Source: Callorhinchus milii (taxonomy: Eukaryota). Taken from it: a DNA stretch of 64,000 nt. The notes under the pieces were generated by a model, which worked only from the letters and a program-made list of their open reading frames with translations, was not told where the DNA came from and did not search any database. Positions 13,425-25,224 of this stretch are shown piece by piece (within the stretch, counting starts at the first letter, position 1; each line of letters begins with the position of its first letter). A program made the translations under genes and the position numbers. Location of the stretch: contig NW_024704743.1 of assembly GCF_018977255.1 (NCBI RefSeq), positions 19,470,001 to 19,534,000 on the forward strand, in the 5' to 3' direction.

Positions 13425-14586
13425 CTTTGGTGGTGGGGTGGGTGGGGGGTGGGAGGTGGGGGGGGGGGGGGTGGAGGGGAGTGTGAGAAGGTGGGTGGGT
13501 GGTGGTGGGTGGGGAACAGGGACTACGAAGTGGGAGAAAGCGACCAGGACAGGACATAACGAAGCTGAAGTTTAGTATCACACAGATGATCTGAGGATGG
13601 ATGGCCTGGGAGCTGGGAATCCTGGTGGGTGGGGGGGGGGGGGGTGAGTGGGGGTGGGGGGGGGGTGAGTGGGTGGTGGGGGGGTGAGTGGGTGTGGGTG
13701 GGGGGGTGAGTGGGTGTGGGTGGGGGGGTGAGTGGGTGTGGGTGGGGGGTGAGTGGGTGTGGGTGGGGGGGGTGAGTGGGTGTGGGTGGGGGGGTGAGTG
13801 GGTGTGGGTGGGGGGGTGTGGGTGGGGTGAGTGGGTGTGGGTGGGGGGGGTGAGTGGGTGGGTGGGGGGTGGGGGGTGAGTGGGTGTGGGTGGGGGGGGT
13901 GAGTGGGTGTGGGTGGGGGGGGGTGAGTGGGTGTGGGTGGGGGGTGAGTGGTGGGGTGGGGGGGGTGAGTGGGTGTGGGGGGGTGGGTGGGTGTGGGTGG
14001 GGGGGTGGGTGGGTGTGGGTGGGGGGGGTGGGTGTGGGTGGGGGGGTGAGTGGGTGTGGGTGGGGGGGGTGAGTGGGTGTGGTGGGGGTGTGGGTGTGGT
14101 GGGGGGTGAGTGGGTGTGGGTGGGGGGGGTGAGTGGGTGTGGGTGGGTGGGGGGTGAGTGGGGGGTGTGGGTGGGGGGGGGTGAGTGGGTGTGGGGGGGG
14201 AGTGGGTGGGTGTGGGTGGGTGGGGGGGGGTGGTGGGGGGGTGGGGGGGGGTGGTGTGGGTGGGGGGTGGTGGGTGGGGTGGTGGGTGGGGGGGTGAGTG
14301 GGTGTGTGGGGGGGTGAGTGGGTGTGGGTGGGGTGGGGTGTGGGGGGTGGGGGGGTGGGTGGGGGGGTGTGGGTGGGGTGGGTGGGGGGTGAGTGGGTGT
14401 GGGTGGGGGGGTGAGTGGGTGGTGTGGGTGGGTGGGGTGGTGGGTGGGGTGGGTGGTGGGTGGTGGGGGGGGTGGGTGGGGGGGGTGGGTGGGTGGGGGT
14501 GTGGGTGTGGGGGGGTGGGTGTGGGTGTGGGGGTGGGGGGGGTGAGTGTGGGTGTGAGTGTGGGTGGGGTGGGGGTGGGGGGGGGT
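13425..14586. repeat. G-rich minisatellite, unit approximately G(5-8)TGAGTGGGTGTGGGT
   Basis: Directly visible; main array 13625-14586 is almost only G/T with occasional A. Confidence 0.95.
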
Positions 14587-14589
14587 CTG

Positions 14590-14805
14590 GTTTAGCCTTC
14601 TCCGAGGTGATGGGGACTCCGGGACGTGCCGATTTGCTCCAGATGATAAAACCCCGGTGTGGCTGAGCCCTGAGCGCACTGTGTGTGGAGGGTATTGGAG
14701 AGAACACTTCCGGTTATATACAATTTGTCTCAGTGTTTGGGAGCTCTCAGCCTCCAGAGCAGCGAGTGGCTCTCACTCACTCACTCACTCACTCAGCACA
14801 TCGGA
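14590..14805 (+). promoter_or_regulatory. Putative Pol II promoter (ETS site plus TATA-like box)
   Basis: Unique CpG-containing island between simple repeats; ACTTCCGG 14706-14713 followed by TATATA 14715-14720; ctcagcc initiator-like sequence ~30 nt downstream; ~1.3 kb upstream of the putative coding exon. Confidence 0.45.
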
Positions 14806-15192
14806 TCTCTCTCTCTCTCTATCTCTCTCTGTCTGTCTCTCTCCCCTCTCTCTCTGTCTCTCTCTCCCTCTCTCTGTCTCTCTCCTCTCTGTGTCTGTCT
14901 CTCTCCCCTCTCTCTGTGTCTGTCTCTCTCCCCTCTCTCTGTCTCTCTCCTCTCTGTGTCTATCTCTCTCCCCTCTCTCTGTGTCTGTCTCTCTCCCCTC
15001 TCTCTGTGTCTGTCTCTCTCCCCTCTCTCTGTCTGTCTCTCTCCCCTCTCTCTCTGTCTGTCTCTCTCCCTCTCTCTGTCTGTCTCTCTCCCTCTCTCTG
15101 TCTGTCTCTCTCCCTCTCTCTGTCTGTCTCTCTCCCTCTCTCTGTCTGTCTCTCTCCCCTCTCTCTGTCCCCTCTCCTCCCCTCTCTCTTTC
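14806..15192. repeat. (CT)/(CTGT)-rich polypyrimidine repeat
   Basis: Directly visible. Confidence 0.95.
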
Positions 15193-15339
15193 TCATCGGC
15201 TCCTCAATACACCCGTTTGCAAACAGGCGACAGTGTTTAACATTGATCTGGTACCTACCTCACTCAGGTTAATCTTTCCCACTCCCCTCCTCCTGCTCTC
15301 CTCTCTCTTTCTGTCTGTCTCTTTCACTCTGATTCGTTT

Positions 15340-15727
15340 TCTCTCTCTCTCTCTCTCTCTCCCTGAGTTGCTTTTTAATTCCCTTTCCCTCTCTCTCTCC
15401 CTGAGTTGCTTTTTAATTCCCTTTCCCTCTCTCTCTCTCTCTCTCTCTCTCCCTGAGTTGCTTTTTAATTCCCTTCCCCTCTCTCTCCCTGAGTTGCTTT
15501 TTAATTCCCTTCCCCTTCTCTCTCTCCCTGAGTTGCTTTTTAATTCCCTTTCCCCCCCTCTCTCTCTCTCTCTCTCCCTGAGTTGCTTTTTAATTCCCTT
15601 TCCCTCTCTCTCTCTCTCTCCCCCTGAGTTGCTTTTTAATTCCCTTTCCCTCTCTCTCTCTCTGAGTTGCTTTTTAACCCCCCCCCCCCCCTCTCTCTCT
15701 CTCTCTCTCCATTTCACCCTGATTCGA

Positions 15728-15758
<31 letters not shown>

Positions 15759-15765
15759 GAGTTGC
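15340..15765. repeat. Tandem repeat: constant CTGAGTTGCTTTTTAA core separated by variable (CT)n
   Basis: Core at 15363, 15401, 15453, 15489, 15528, 15578, 15624, 15662; partial at 15757. Confidence 0.95.
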
Positions 15766-16016
15766 TGTGTGTTTAGGTTTGGGTTTGGGTTTTTTTTTCT
15801 CTTGGTTTGGTTGGAAAGTCCTAAATGCCATCAGATCGCAAGCATCAGTGAGTGGGAGAAGGTGTGCATTTTCCTCTCTCTCTTTCTCTCTCTCTCTCTT
15901 CCCTCCTTCCTCACTCCCTCCCTCCTAACCCACCCCCCCCCCCCCAAAAAAAAAAGAGAAAAATCCTTCCTATTCGCATTCTTCAAGTGGACAAGTGCAA
16001 ACTTCCCTGATACATT

Positions 16017-16125
16017 ATGGAGGGTGTCCGGAGCATTGGCGTTGTGACTGGTGGAGTGTTTTTGTGTGTAGCCCTGGGGAACCTGCTCCATCTCAGCCAG
16101 GGACAAGTCAGCCACAGAGCCGAGG
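16017..16125 (+). CDS. Putative first coding exon of a secreted or cell-surface protein (signal peptide)
   Basis: cattATGG (A at -3, G at +4); MEGVRSIGVVTGGVFLCVALGNLLHLSQGQVSHRAE with basic n-region, hydrophobic core and S-Q-G|Q cleavage-like site; ends GAGG|gtaaga, 109 nt, phase 1, which is typical of signal-peptide exons; too short for the ORF track. Confidence 0.65.
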
Positions 16126-16231
16126 GTAAGAGCTAATTTATTATTATTATTATTGCACACATTATTCCTATTGATCCCTCCTGGAGCTCACCAGTTGTGA
16201 TTTCTATGCTGCTGCTTTTTGCTTTTCTTTC

Positions 16232-16243
16232 TATATATATATG

Positions 16244-16277
<34 letters not shown>

Positions 16278-16282
16278 TATAT
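16232..16282. repeat. (TA)n microsatellite
   Basis: Directly visible. Confidence 0.95.
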
Positions 16283-17723
16283 AGTGTTGCAACATGAAGT
16301 CATTTAAATCACACTGATCGCTGGACCTCAAGGACTCTTAAAGTTGGGAAGTTTTCGATTTTTTTTGGTGGGTTTGGGGGGAGGGGGGGGGGGGTTAAGT
16401 TTCTGAAAACGTGTAGATCTGAATCTGTCCCCCCCCCCCCCCCTCCCACACACACACACACACACACGCCCCCACCCCTGGGAAACATTGAGTGGGGCGA
16501 GTTGGGGGGAGTACCAGGGATGGAGGGAGAGAGAGGGAGAGGGCTGTTTGCTGCAAGTTTTGCTCAGGATCTCGCTGGCTTTGTTGACATGCACAACACT
16601 TTGGTTCCTACCAGGAGATACTTACTTCGTCTTGTTGTTGCTTTCCCCTCGGCTCACACTTGAGATCGCATCTCGCAAAAGGAATTTGGTTGCCTGGTTG
16701 AGAAATGCACCTTAAGTTTACATGCCTTCTCCTCCAGAGCCCAGTGTGTGTGTGTGTGTTGGGGGGGGGATCAGAAGACTAACTTCCTTAAGACATAAAT
16801 GCACCCCCTCCCTCCAAAATGCTAACTTTTAAAGTCAATTACCAGTGATCCACTGGTGTGCAATTTTCTGTCACCACCAACGCAAGGAAATGGTGACTCT
16901 CTGCCTGTCATCTTGTCAAAGGTATTGCCTTGTGGATCCAGGCTGTAGGCAAAATAGCTCAGGAGGGGAGGGGGTTGGGGGTGTGGGGGGGGTGGGGGGT
17001 GGGGGGTGGGATTGGGGCAAACAATTCATAAAGAAATAAAAGCAAACTCTGCTGACATGACTGTGACTTTGATGGGATATCGTTCTCTGCTGCTTCCACG
17101 TTGGTGATGTTTTTCATCGCGAGTGTCAAGTGATTGATTCAAATAAAAGAGGTATTTTTTTTCTTTGAGAGACAGAGAGAGAGGGAGAGAGAGAGAGAGA
17201 GAGAGAGAGACTCTTATCATGTTAATTCTCCTGTATTAACCAGGACTCAAAGGACTGTTTGCACCACAGAGATGTCCCTCGGAGGGGCTCTGTGTATTGC
17301 ATCTGCAACTTCACCCCCCAAAAAAAAACATTTGCACAACGTTATAACTGCGTTGATCCCCCCCAAAAAAACACACACACTACACACACACACACACACC
17401 TTTGCAATAACCTCAAGCATCACTGCCTGAAGTTAGAGCCAAGTGGGATTCTCACGCGGTAAATAAACACTGAGCTCTTAGGGTTAACACAAACACGTCG
17501 ATGCCCACTGTTGGTGGTCAATACATTGCAATTGAAATTGGAGCTCGAAATCTTCTGCTTTTGTTTTCGAAGTCGTGCAATAACGCTTCTCCCCCCACAC
17601 ACACACACACACACGCACACACACGCAAATACTCCGCTTCTCTGGTCTTAACGCAGCGAGTAGATTGCGGGTTGGGATGATCCCCTGCAAAATGCAGTCG
17701 TATTGAAGAGCTGAGATGTAGTT

Positions 17724-18595
17724 AAGAGAGAGAGAGAGAGGAGGAGAGAGAGGGGGAGAGAGGGGGGAGGGGGAGAGGGTGGGGGGGGGGGGGAGAGAGA
17801 GAGGGGGGAGAGAGAGAGGGGGAGAGAGGGGGGGAGAGAGGTGGGGGGGGAGAGGGGGAAGAGGGGAGAGATGGTGGGGGGAGAGTGGGGGAGAGAGAGG
17901 GGTGGGGGGTGAAGGGACAGAGAGAAGGGGGGAGAGAGAGAGGGGGGGAGAGAGAGGGTGGAGAGAGAGAGGGGAGTGGGGGTGAAGGGAGAGAGAGAGG
18001 GAGGGAGAGGGAGGGAAGAGGGAGAGAGAGGGGAGAGAGAGGGGGGAGATAGAGAGAGGGGTGGAGAGAGAGAGGGGGGTGGGGGTGAAGGGAGAGAGAG
18101 AGGGAGGGAGAGGGAGGGAAGAGGGAGAGAGAGGGGAGAGAGAGGGGGGAGAGAGGGATGGGGGTGAAGAGAGAGAGAGATAGAGAGAGGGGGGGAGAGA
18201 GAGGGGGGGGAGAGAGAGTGGGGGAGAGAGGGGGGGAGAGAGAGGTGGGGAGAGAGGGGGAGAGGGGAGAGATGGTGGGGGGAGAGTGGGGGAGAGAGAG
18301 GGGTGGGGGGTGAAGGGACAGAGAGAAGGGGGGAGAGAGAGAGGGGGGGAGAGAGAGGGGTGGAGAGAGAGAGGGAGTGGGGGTGAAGGGAGAGAGAGAG
18401 GGAGGGAGAGGGAGGGAAGAGGGAGAGAGAGGGGGAGAGAGAGGGGGGAGAGAGAGAGAGGGGTGGAGAGAGAGAGGGGAGTGGGGGGTGAAGGGAGAGA
18501 GAGAGGGAGGGAGAGGGAGGGAAGAGGGAGAGAGAGGGGGAGAGAGAGGGGGGAGAGAGGGATGGGGGGTGAAGAGAGAGAGAGAGAGAGGAGGG

Positions 18596-18629
<34 letters not shown>

Positions 18630-18688
18630 AGGAGGGGAGAGAGAGAGAGAGGGGGGGAGAGAGAGAGAGAGAGGGGGAGAGGGAGAGA
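17724..18688. repeat. GA-rich polypurine repeat with recurring GGGGTGAAGGGAGAGAGAG units
   Basis: Directly visible. Confidence 0.95.
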
Positions 18689-18839
18689 CTGCTGTTCTGT
18701 TGTGATGTGACAGTGAGTGTGGAGGCAGTGAAGAGCTGTAGAGAAGCCTCGGGAGTTATCCCCAAATCAAAGCCACAGGACTCCCAAAGCCTTGAGATGT
18801 GCTCTGTTTAATGGTTTTTGCTCACATTGACCCCCTCTC

Positions 18840-18893
<54 letters not shown>

Positions 18894-19099
18894 CCCTCTC
18901 TTCTTTTTGGGGAACACATTTATTCCAGTGCCTCCTGTATCTAACACAGGGTCAAACTCTGCACTGAGTTGCTTCTCATCAATCATCTTTGCAGCGAACC
19001 AACCGTGACAGATAAACTTGTCCCTAATAAAACCTCCCTCGCTCTTTCTCCCTGATATGTGTCATTGCTCCCATCAGACTGGTTTGGTTTATTATATTA

Positions 19100-19131
<32 letters not shown>

Positions 19132-20869
19132 CATATATACCTATAGATATCTATAGACACAGGCGATGGTCTGCGGGTTTCCAGAGAGTGGAGGAATGTA
19201 TCGCACCGATTGCCTTTGGAGTCTGAAACAATACTTTTAACTCTTTCAGTAGCCCCAATGCAGCAAAACGTGACACCAAATTCATGCTACCATAACCCCC
19301 CCCCCCACATACACACACACACACACCATCACCCCCCAACCCCATTCCCCCACACACACACAAAAAAAAATTATTCACAGAAAATAAAACAGTCACCACT
19401 GTATGCTATTTGAGATATCATTCATAAAATAATATTTGCTGCGAATTGTTGGTAACTGATTGTTGTTGGAGGTGTGTGGGGTTGGGGGGGGTGGGGGGTT
19501 AGCCTTATCCTCTGTACATGTCCTTCGATCATATCAGCAGTTGTGTTCTCCACAACTAACCTTTTACAATTCATCCTGACATTTTCCTTAACCGTGTCAC
19601 CTATTCGGTAAGAAGAGGACTTTCTTTTTTTGAACCGAGTGTACAATACACAATTACGTTTGTATCAGCGCCTTTGAAGGCGTGAAGACGTCCCAAGGCG
19701 CTAGACAGTCAGGGATTTGGGATTGAGAAATTGAGTTAAATTGAGAAGGCGGGCAGAAGTTACAGAGTTAAACATGTTTACACATCAGTTCTATTGTTGT
19801 TGTATGAAATTGACCAGAGAACACACCGAGGCTCATTCCTGGATGGGTTTGAAATCCTGGATCTCACTCCAATTAGTTTGAGAAGCAGCTTAAATAGGAA
19901 CAAACCAGATATGTGCTGTGCTGAGCATAGAATTGCAGATTTAACATGATTGGCCAACTTCAGCTTCAGTGGACATGGCTCAATTCAGATTAAACAAAGA
20001 TACAGTTGAATTTTCCAAACAAAGCTGTATTTTACTGTTGCGACCCTTAACAAATACTTTGCCCTTGAGTAACAGCCAGTGTATTAATGAGCTCAGTGCC
20101 TAAAGGGACAATCTTTCCAGGGTGGGAGTGATAGTTTCTATAAATTTAAATCTCGCTAACATTTTATTTGGCAGATTGTAGGATGACATCTTGTCTGCAA
20201 TGCCAATTTAAAGGGGATTGACCCTCCCCCCCCTTCCCTTTCATCGTGGCGCACTAAACTGGATGCTGTTTTTCAAGATCTTTTATCAACAGAGATGTAG
20301 CAAAACATGTTTAGAAGGTTCATTAACTGATCACAGTGCTGTGCAGCATTCAACAGGCATTTGGCTTCAGTGGAAATTGCACTGAGCGTCTTGTAGGTAT
20401 TTCCAGCACCTAAGGCAGTGCAGGATGGACTTTCAGAGCTTGCTGTTCATGCAGCTGAAACCTGCGCAAACTGTTTGAAATGGGACAATACCTTTAAATT
20501 GCCATTGAGGACAACAACTTGATCACTTGATCCATGACTGTTTGTGGCACATTGCTGTGCGCAACTAGCTGCACGTTTCAGCCACAAATTACATTGTCAA
20601 TCCACTTTACAATATATTCTGTGAAGTACTTTGAGACTTCCCAACAACGTGATGCGGCGCTATATCAAATTCAAGCATTATTATTATAACATTTTATTCC
20701 ATAATCCGCCAAATAAAAGTGCTTGAGAGATTAATGTAATGTAAAGTACCACTCCCACCCTTTGTTTTACAGGAGAAGTGAATGTTTCTACTCATCAGTT
20801 CTTGGATTGATCAACCTTCCACATTGGTTTGCCATTGTCAGCATCAAATGCCCATAAGGCAAGTGCTGC

Positions 20870-21135
20870 AAGGGCTTTGATAGAGTCAATACAGATAAAT
20901 TATTTCCACTGCTCAGTGAATCAGTGACTGGAGGGCATCAATTTAAGATAGTTAACATATGAACAAATGGGAAGATTAGGAGAGTTTTTTTTCAGGCAGA
21001 GAGTAGTTAGGATACGGAATGCCCTCCCAGGACTGGTGGTTGAGGTAAGGACACTAGACAAATATCTGAAAATGAGTAAAATACAGAGCTATTGGAAAAG
21101 GTCAGGTACAGTTATTATAGCCTGAATGGCCTCAT
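20870..21135 (+). mobile_element. CR1 LINE 3' fragment
   Basis: gggctttgatagagt…gagggcatcaatttaag…ttttttcaggcagagagtagttaggatacggaatgccctccc: typical CR1 ORF2 end (RGH…FFxQRVVxxWNALP). Confidence 0.75.
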
Positions 21136-24100
21136 TCAGGGCTCAACATTTCTACTCCCTAAAGGAGACTGGTTGGAACTACAGGTAAGATTTTGCACGG
21201 GTTACATCACTCTGTCTCAGTCACCACTTGGGTTCAAAGGCAAGGTTAGTGCACAAATTAAGAGGGCTGAGGGAAGCAAGTGGTGGTGGAACTCACATCT
21301 CAAATAATTGAGATGGGTTATTCTACAATCAGTGTTCCCCCACAAAATTACACACTTCACAGGAAATTCTGTGAGATGCTTTTATACATCTATCCGATGT
21401 AAAAGGCATTACTTTATATCAAATGTGATTTTCATTTCATTTAATGGCATCATAAGATAAAGGTGCAGTATACTTTTTCAGGAGGGTAAACTTGGAAGGT
21501 TTGGGACCAGTAGAACTTTATGTAGAAGAACACAATAGTGATAGGAACCTTATAGAATAGAAATGTACAATATGCACAAGAATTTATTCATATACATTGC
21601 TTGTGGTTGTGTTGGGGCAGTTTAGCAGGGTAATGGAGTACAGGAATGGATCCACGACTAAATCCACGACTGTTTGTGGGTCACTGCTGTGCACAATTGG
21701 CTGCTGCGTTTCACCGACAAATATACAGTCAATTCACTTTACAGTATATTCTGTGAAGCGATTTGGGACATCTCGAAGATGTGATACATATCAAATGCAA
21801 GGATTTGTTTTTATGGTGTGCCCATGTTTGGAGTAGCACAAATGCAGAAGGTTGGCCTTTGTGTTAACACCAGTTCTGTGCCCTCAAATAGCCCCTGCAC
21901 TAGTGACAATTTCCTACTGCCTCTGAGAGCAATAAGGCCACACAGCAAGTAGCAGAAACACCAGCCACTGAAGTAGGTTTATTAGACCAAGTCACTGATA
22001 CATAGTAGGTATTCCATACATCTCTGCTTGCCCATAGCTGACTATTCAGCCATCCACCAGTTTCCCTCAACAAAGGGAGTACCAATTAGGACATTTACAT
22101 AACTAGTAGAGAGAAGCTCACAACACACAAAGGACAAGCAGATTAAATGACATTAAATATGTACACAACTTAATAAACTGAAAAGGCTCGAGAGATGATC
22201 AGGTGAAGTGCAGTATATAAATGCAAGCTGTTGTTGAATATACAGTGGAAGCCGGTTAAGCCGTACACTTTGGGGACGGATGTTTTGTCTGGCATAAGAA
22301 GTGCCCAAGGGTAATGGAAATACCAATGCCGCCAGCAGAGGAGCACCCCCAGCGCCATGTAAAAATATGTGATAATGTTGTTTCACTTGAAGTCATGTTA
22401 ACTAACCAAACAGGACATCCGGTATTTCAACCTTGGAGTTAACCTTAAAATCTTGTACCTTATGGAATTCATTAAACTACATTCACCTTTGGCCGCAAAA
22501 TACCAGCAGAGGGGTGGCCATTGCCATTCCTATTGGACGGGAAGGTAACCAATTGGAGGTGGCCTGAGGTGACTGACAGCCTGAAGCCGCTTGTTATTGG
22601 ATGGCTCAGCTGTCAATCAATTGTGATATTCCCTCCCTGGTTCTGCCATGTTCCTCCGCCCCCTCACTGATTGACAGCACAACTCCAGCCGCTTGTGAAT
22701 GGCTGGAGTCCACTGTCAATCAATCTTAGACTCCTCCCATTTACATCCAGAAGCCCCACCCTCCCCCCTTCTGTGGACACACAGAAGGTCAGAGTGAGTA
22801 TATTCAATGGCGACCAGCGCAGCATTTTACCCGGAGTAACTGGATTTTTATCCAAATCAACCGGGATATTTAAAACAGGTAATAATACAAATGATTCGGG
22901 GCTGGGGATTTTGATCAGTTTACCAGAAGTTTGCAATTAACTGGCATCTGGCAAATGCAGATTCCATTGTATTCAGTTGAATATATTTCAGTATATTTTA
23001 CAATCTGTCATTCTTTAATAGCGCTGACGATAAAGGGTAGTTTGTACTGAAGCCAAAAAGTAAAAGATTTGCAACACAGAGAGAAAAAATAGAGATTTCA
23101 AATGACTATGGATAATAATCATCTTTCCTTGCACTTGTTATAGCTCCTTTTATGTCAGGAGAATGTCTCAAAGGCTATTCCATCAAGTGAAGTGACTGTG
23201 TATTTTGGAGGCAAACATAGCACTCAATTTGCACATGGCAATGGAGTGAATGACCAATTTTATTTGTGGGATTGTTGACTCCCAGCAAAACAAAGGTAAA
23301 TATATTTTCCTGAATTCTATGAGGTACAAGATTTTAATAATAATAATAATAATCCTTGCATTTGATATAGTACTTTTCATGTCTTCTAGACATCTCAAAG
23401 CGCTTCACGGAATATACTGTAAAATGAATTGACTGTATATTTGTGGGCAAAATATAAATTTCAAATTTATATTTAAAGTTAAATTTTAGTTTAACTCCTA
23501 CTTTAAAATACTTGGTATCCTGTTTGGTTAGTTAACATTACTTCAAGTAAAAAAACATTATGCCATATTGGCCAAGGCACTGGGAGAAATTTCCTTCTCT
23601 TTTCAAATTAGATCTTTAAATTCACCTGAATAGACAGACATGATCTTGTCTCATCTGACAATGCAACACATCCCAGCACTGCGTCCTCAGCCTCTCTGGT
23701 GATCCTCCTCTTCCACAGTGATATTGCTATTTGTGACCCCTAAAGTTGACCTATAGATCAAGTTCAATGTGCATTCCAGCTGTATAATGCTGCAGGAGAT
23801 CCTTCTTCATGGCCTTCAGCAAGGTTTGAATGAGAGAAACTGGCGTTTATCCTCCCTTTTGGCAAATTATTTGAATTCCTGTTTCTTAAATTGCTGAGAG
23901 TAGTACCAAACACAGACCATTTGTTTATTAGCACTGTCTCCCAACATTCTATCCCTATTTATATGCATTGACATTGGTGTTGAAACCAGGAAACACAAAA
24001 ACTTTGGGCCCTGTGGGCCTTAGCTTAGAAAAAATAATATCTCATTCACCAGAGTGATATTCCTATTTCAATACCAGACCTTCTTATGACATTTGAGCGC

Positions 24101-24944
24101 GAGGTTGCCAAGTTGGATTATATTGTTGGAAAAGTTTTGTACTGTGAGCCTTTGTTTATTGGGAACTATCTTGAGCTGTTTTAAACTCCTTGCATGAGGG
24201 AAACCAGTTAGTGGGGGAGGAAACTTTTAGCCTGTAAGTCTGTCTGGAATTGCATTTATGTCACGTAGCTGAATGGGCAGTGTGCTAACCCACATCACTG
24301 CCAATCCCAAGTGTCAGTATTTTTAACATAAATGGGTTGAGAAGATGGGATGTATTTTCTGAACAGTTCATTGTACATTGATGAACTTGATGGATTTACA
24401 TTCACATCTGTGTCTCCAGTGGGTGTACAGATAAAATGGAGAGAGTACCAGCTGGAATAGATCAATGTTTTAATTTTAAAAGGATGAGATAAAAACTTTT
24501 TTTTTAAATCATAAAATCAAACTCTCAGAAGTGAGATTACATGAAAATCAATTTGAAATTTACTCTTGTTGCTACACCAAATGGTTGAAATATGCCGTGG
24601 AGAGATAGTTTAGGTGTTTATATTTTGATAACATTTATTTATAAGAATGTAAGATGTAATTCATAGCAATCAGTTAACAAATTAGCATTTTTACCCCATG
24701 GAGTGTTCTGACTTGGGTAGGTGAACTCTGTGCTGCAAAACCAAGTGAATTCCTGTCCTGACCAACAATTCCCCAAATAAAATTGGCCACTCACTCTGTG
24801 GATATTGCTCAGTGCAAATGGATTGATGTGTTCACCCACAATATACAAACAGTAAAACCGTTCTATAGTATATTCTACTGATTTATTATTATATATCCTG
24901 CGAAGTGCTTTGAGATGTCTCAACGATGTGATAAGGCTCACAAA

Positions 24945-25140
24945 AACAAATTATAAAAAACAATTATAAATTGGTCATTTTCAATCTGCGACTGTGGGAC
25001 ACTGCTGTGCGCAATTGGCTGCCGCGTTCGCCCACAAATATACAGTCAATTCACTTTACAGTGTGTTCTGTGAAGCGCTTTGGGACGTCCTCCCGACGTG
25101 AAAAGCGCTATATCAAATGCAAGGATTATTATTATTAAGG
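24945..25140 (+). mobile_element. 5'-truncated young SINE family A
   Basis: Near-identical to the 3' half of copies at 42039 and 50076, with full tail. Confidence 0.9.
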
Positions 25141-25224
25141 CGCTATATCAAATATTAAATGCAAGGATTATTTTTATTTCTATTAACTCCACCTATATGT
25201 TCCCAAATAAGGATGTAATTACCT

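Noticed and set aside
15363..15680. CRISPR-like repeat-spacer pattern
   Set aside because: Spacers are (CT)n rather than unique, the DNA is eukaryotic and there are no cas genes
12778..15831. Long ORFs (up to 443 aa) rich in P/H/T, G/W/V, L/S or R/E
   Set aside because: Translations of simple repeats that lack stop codons; no coding signal
16017..16125. Assigning a gene name (FGFR-, TAFA- or PTPR-like first exons considered)
   Set aside because: Only exon length/phase or a few residues agree and no diagnostic downstream exon is in the window
17722..18811. 347-aa and overlapping ORFs
   Set aside because: GA/CT low-complexity artefacts
20402..20422. REST/RE1-like site tccagcacctaaggcagtgc
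   Set aside because: Right half-site has two mismatches to GGACAG; compatible with chance
22328..22520. CTCF-like CCAGCAGAGG motifs
   Set aside because: Lack the conserved GGC(R) 3' part
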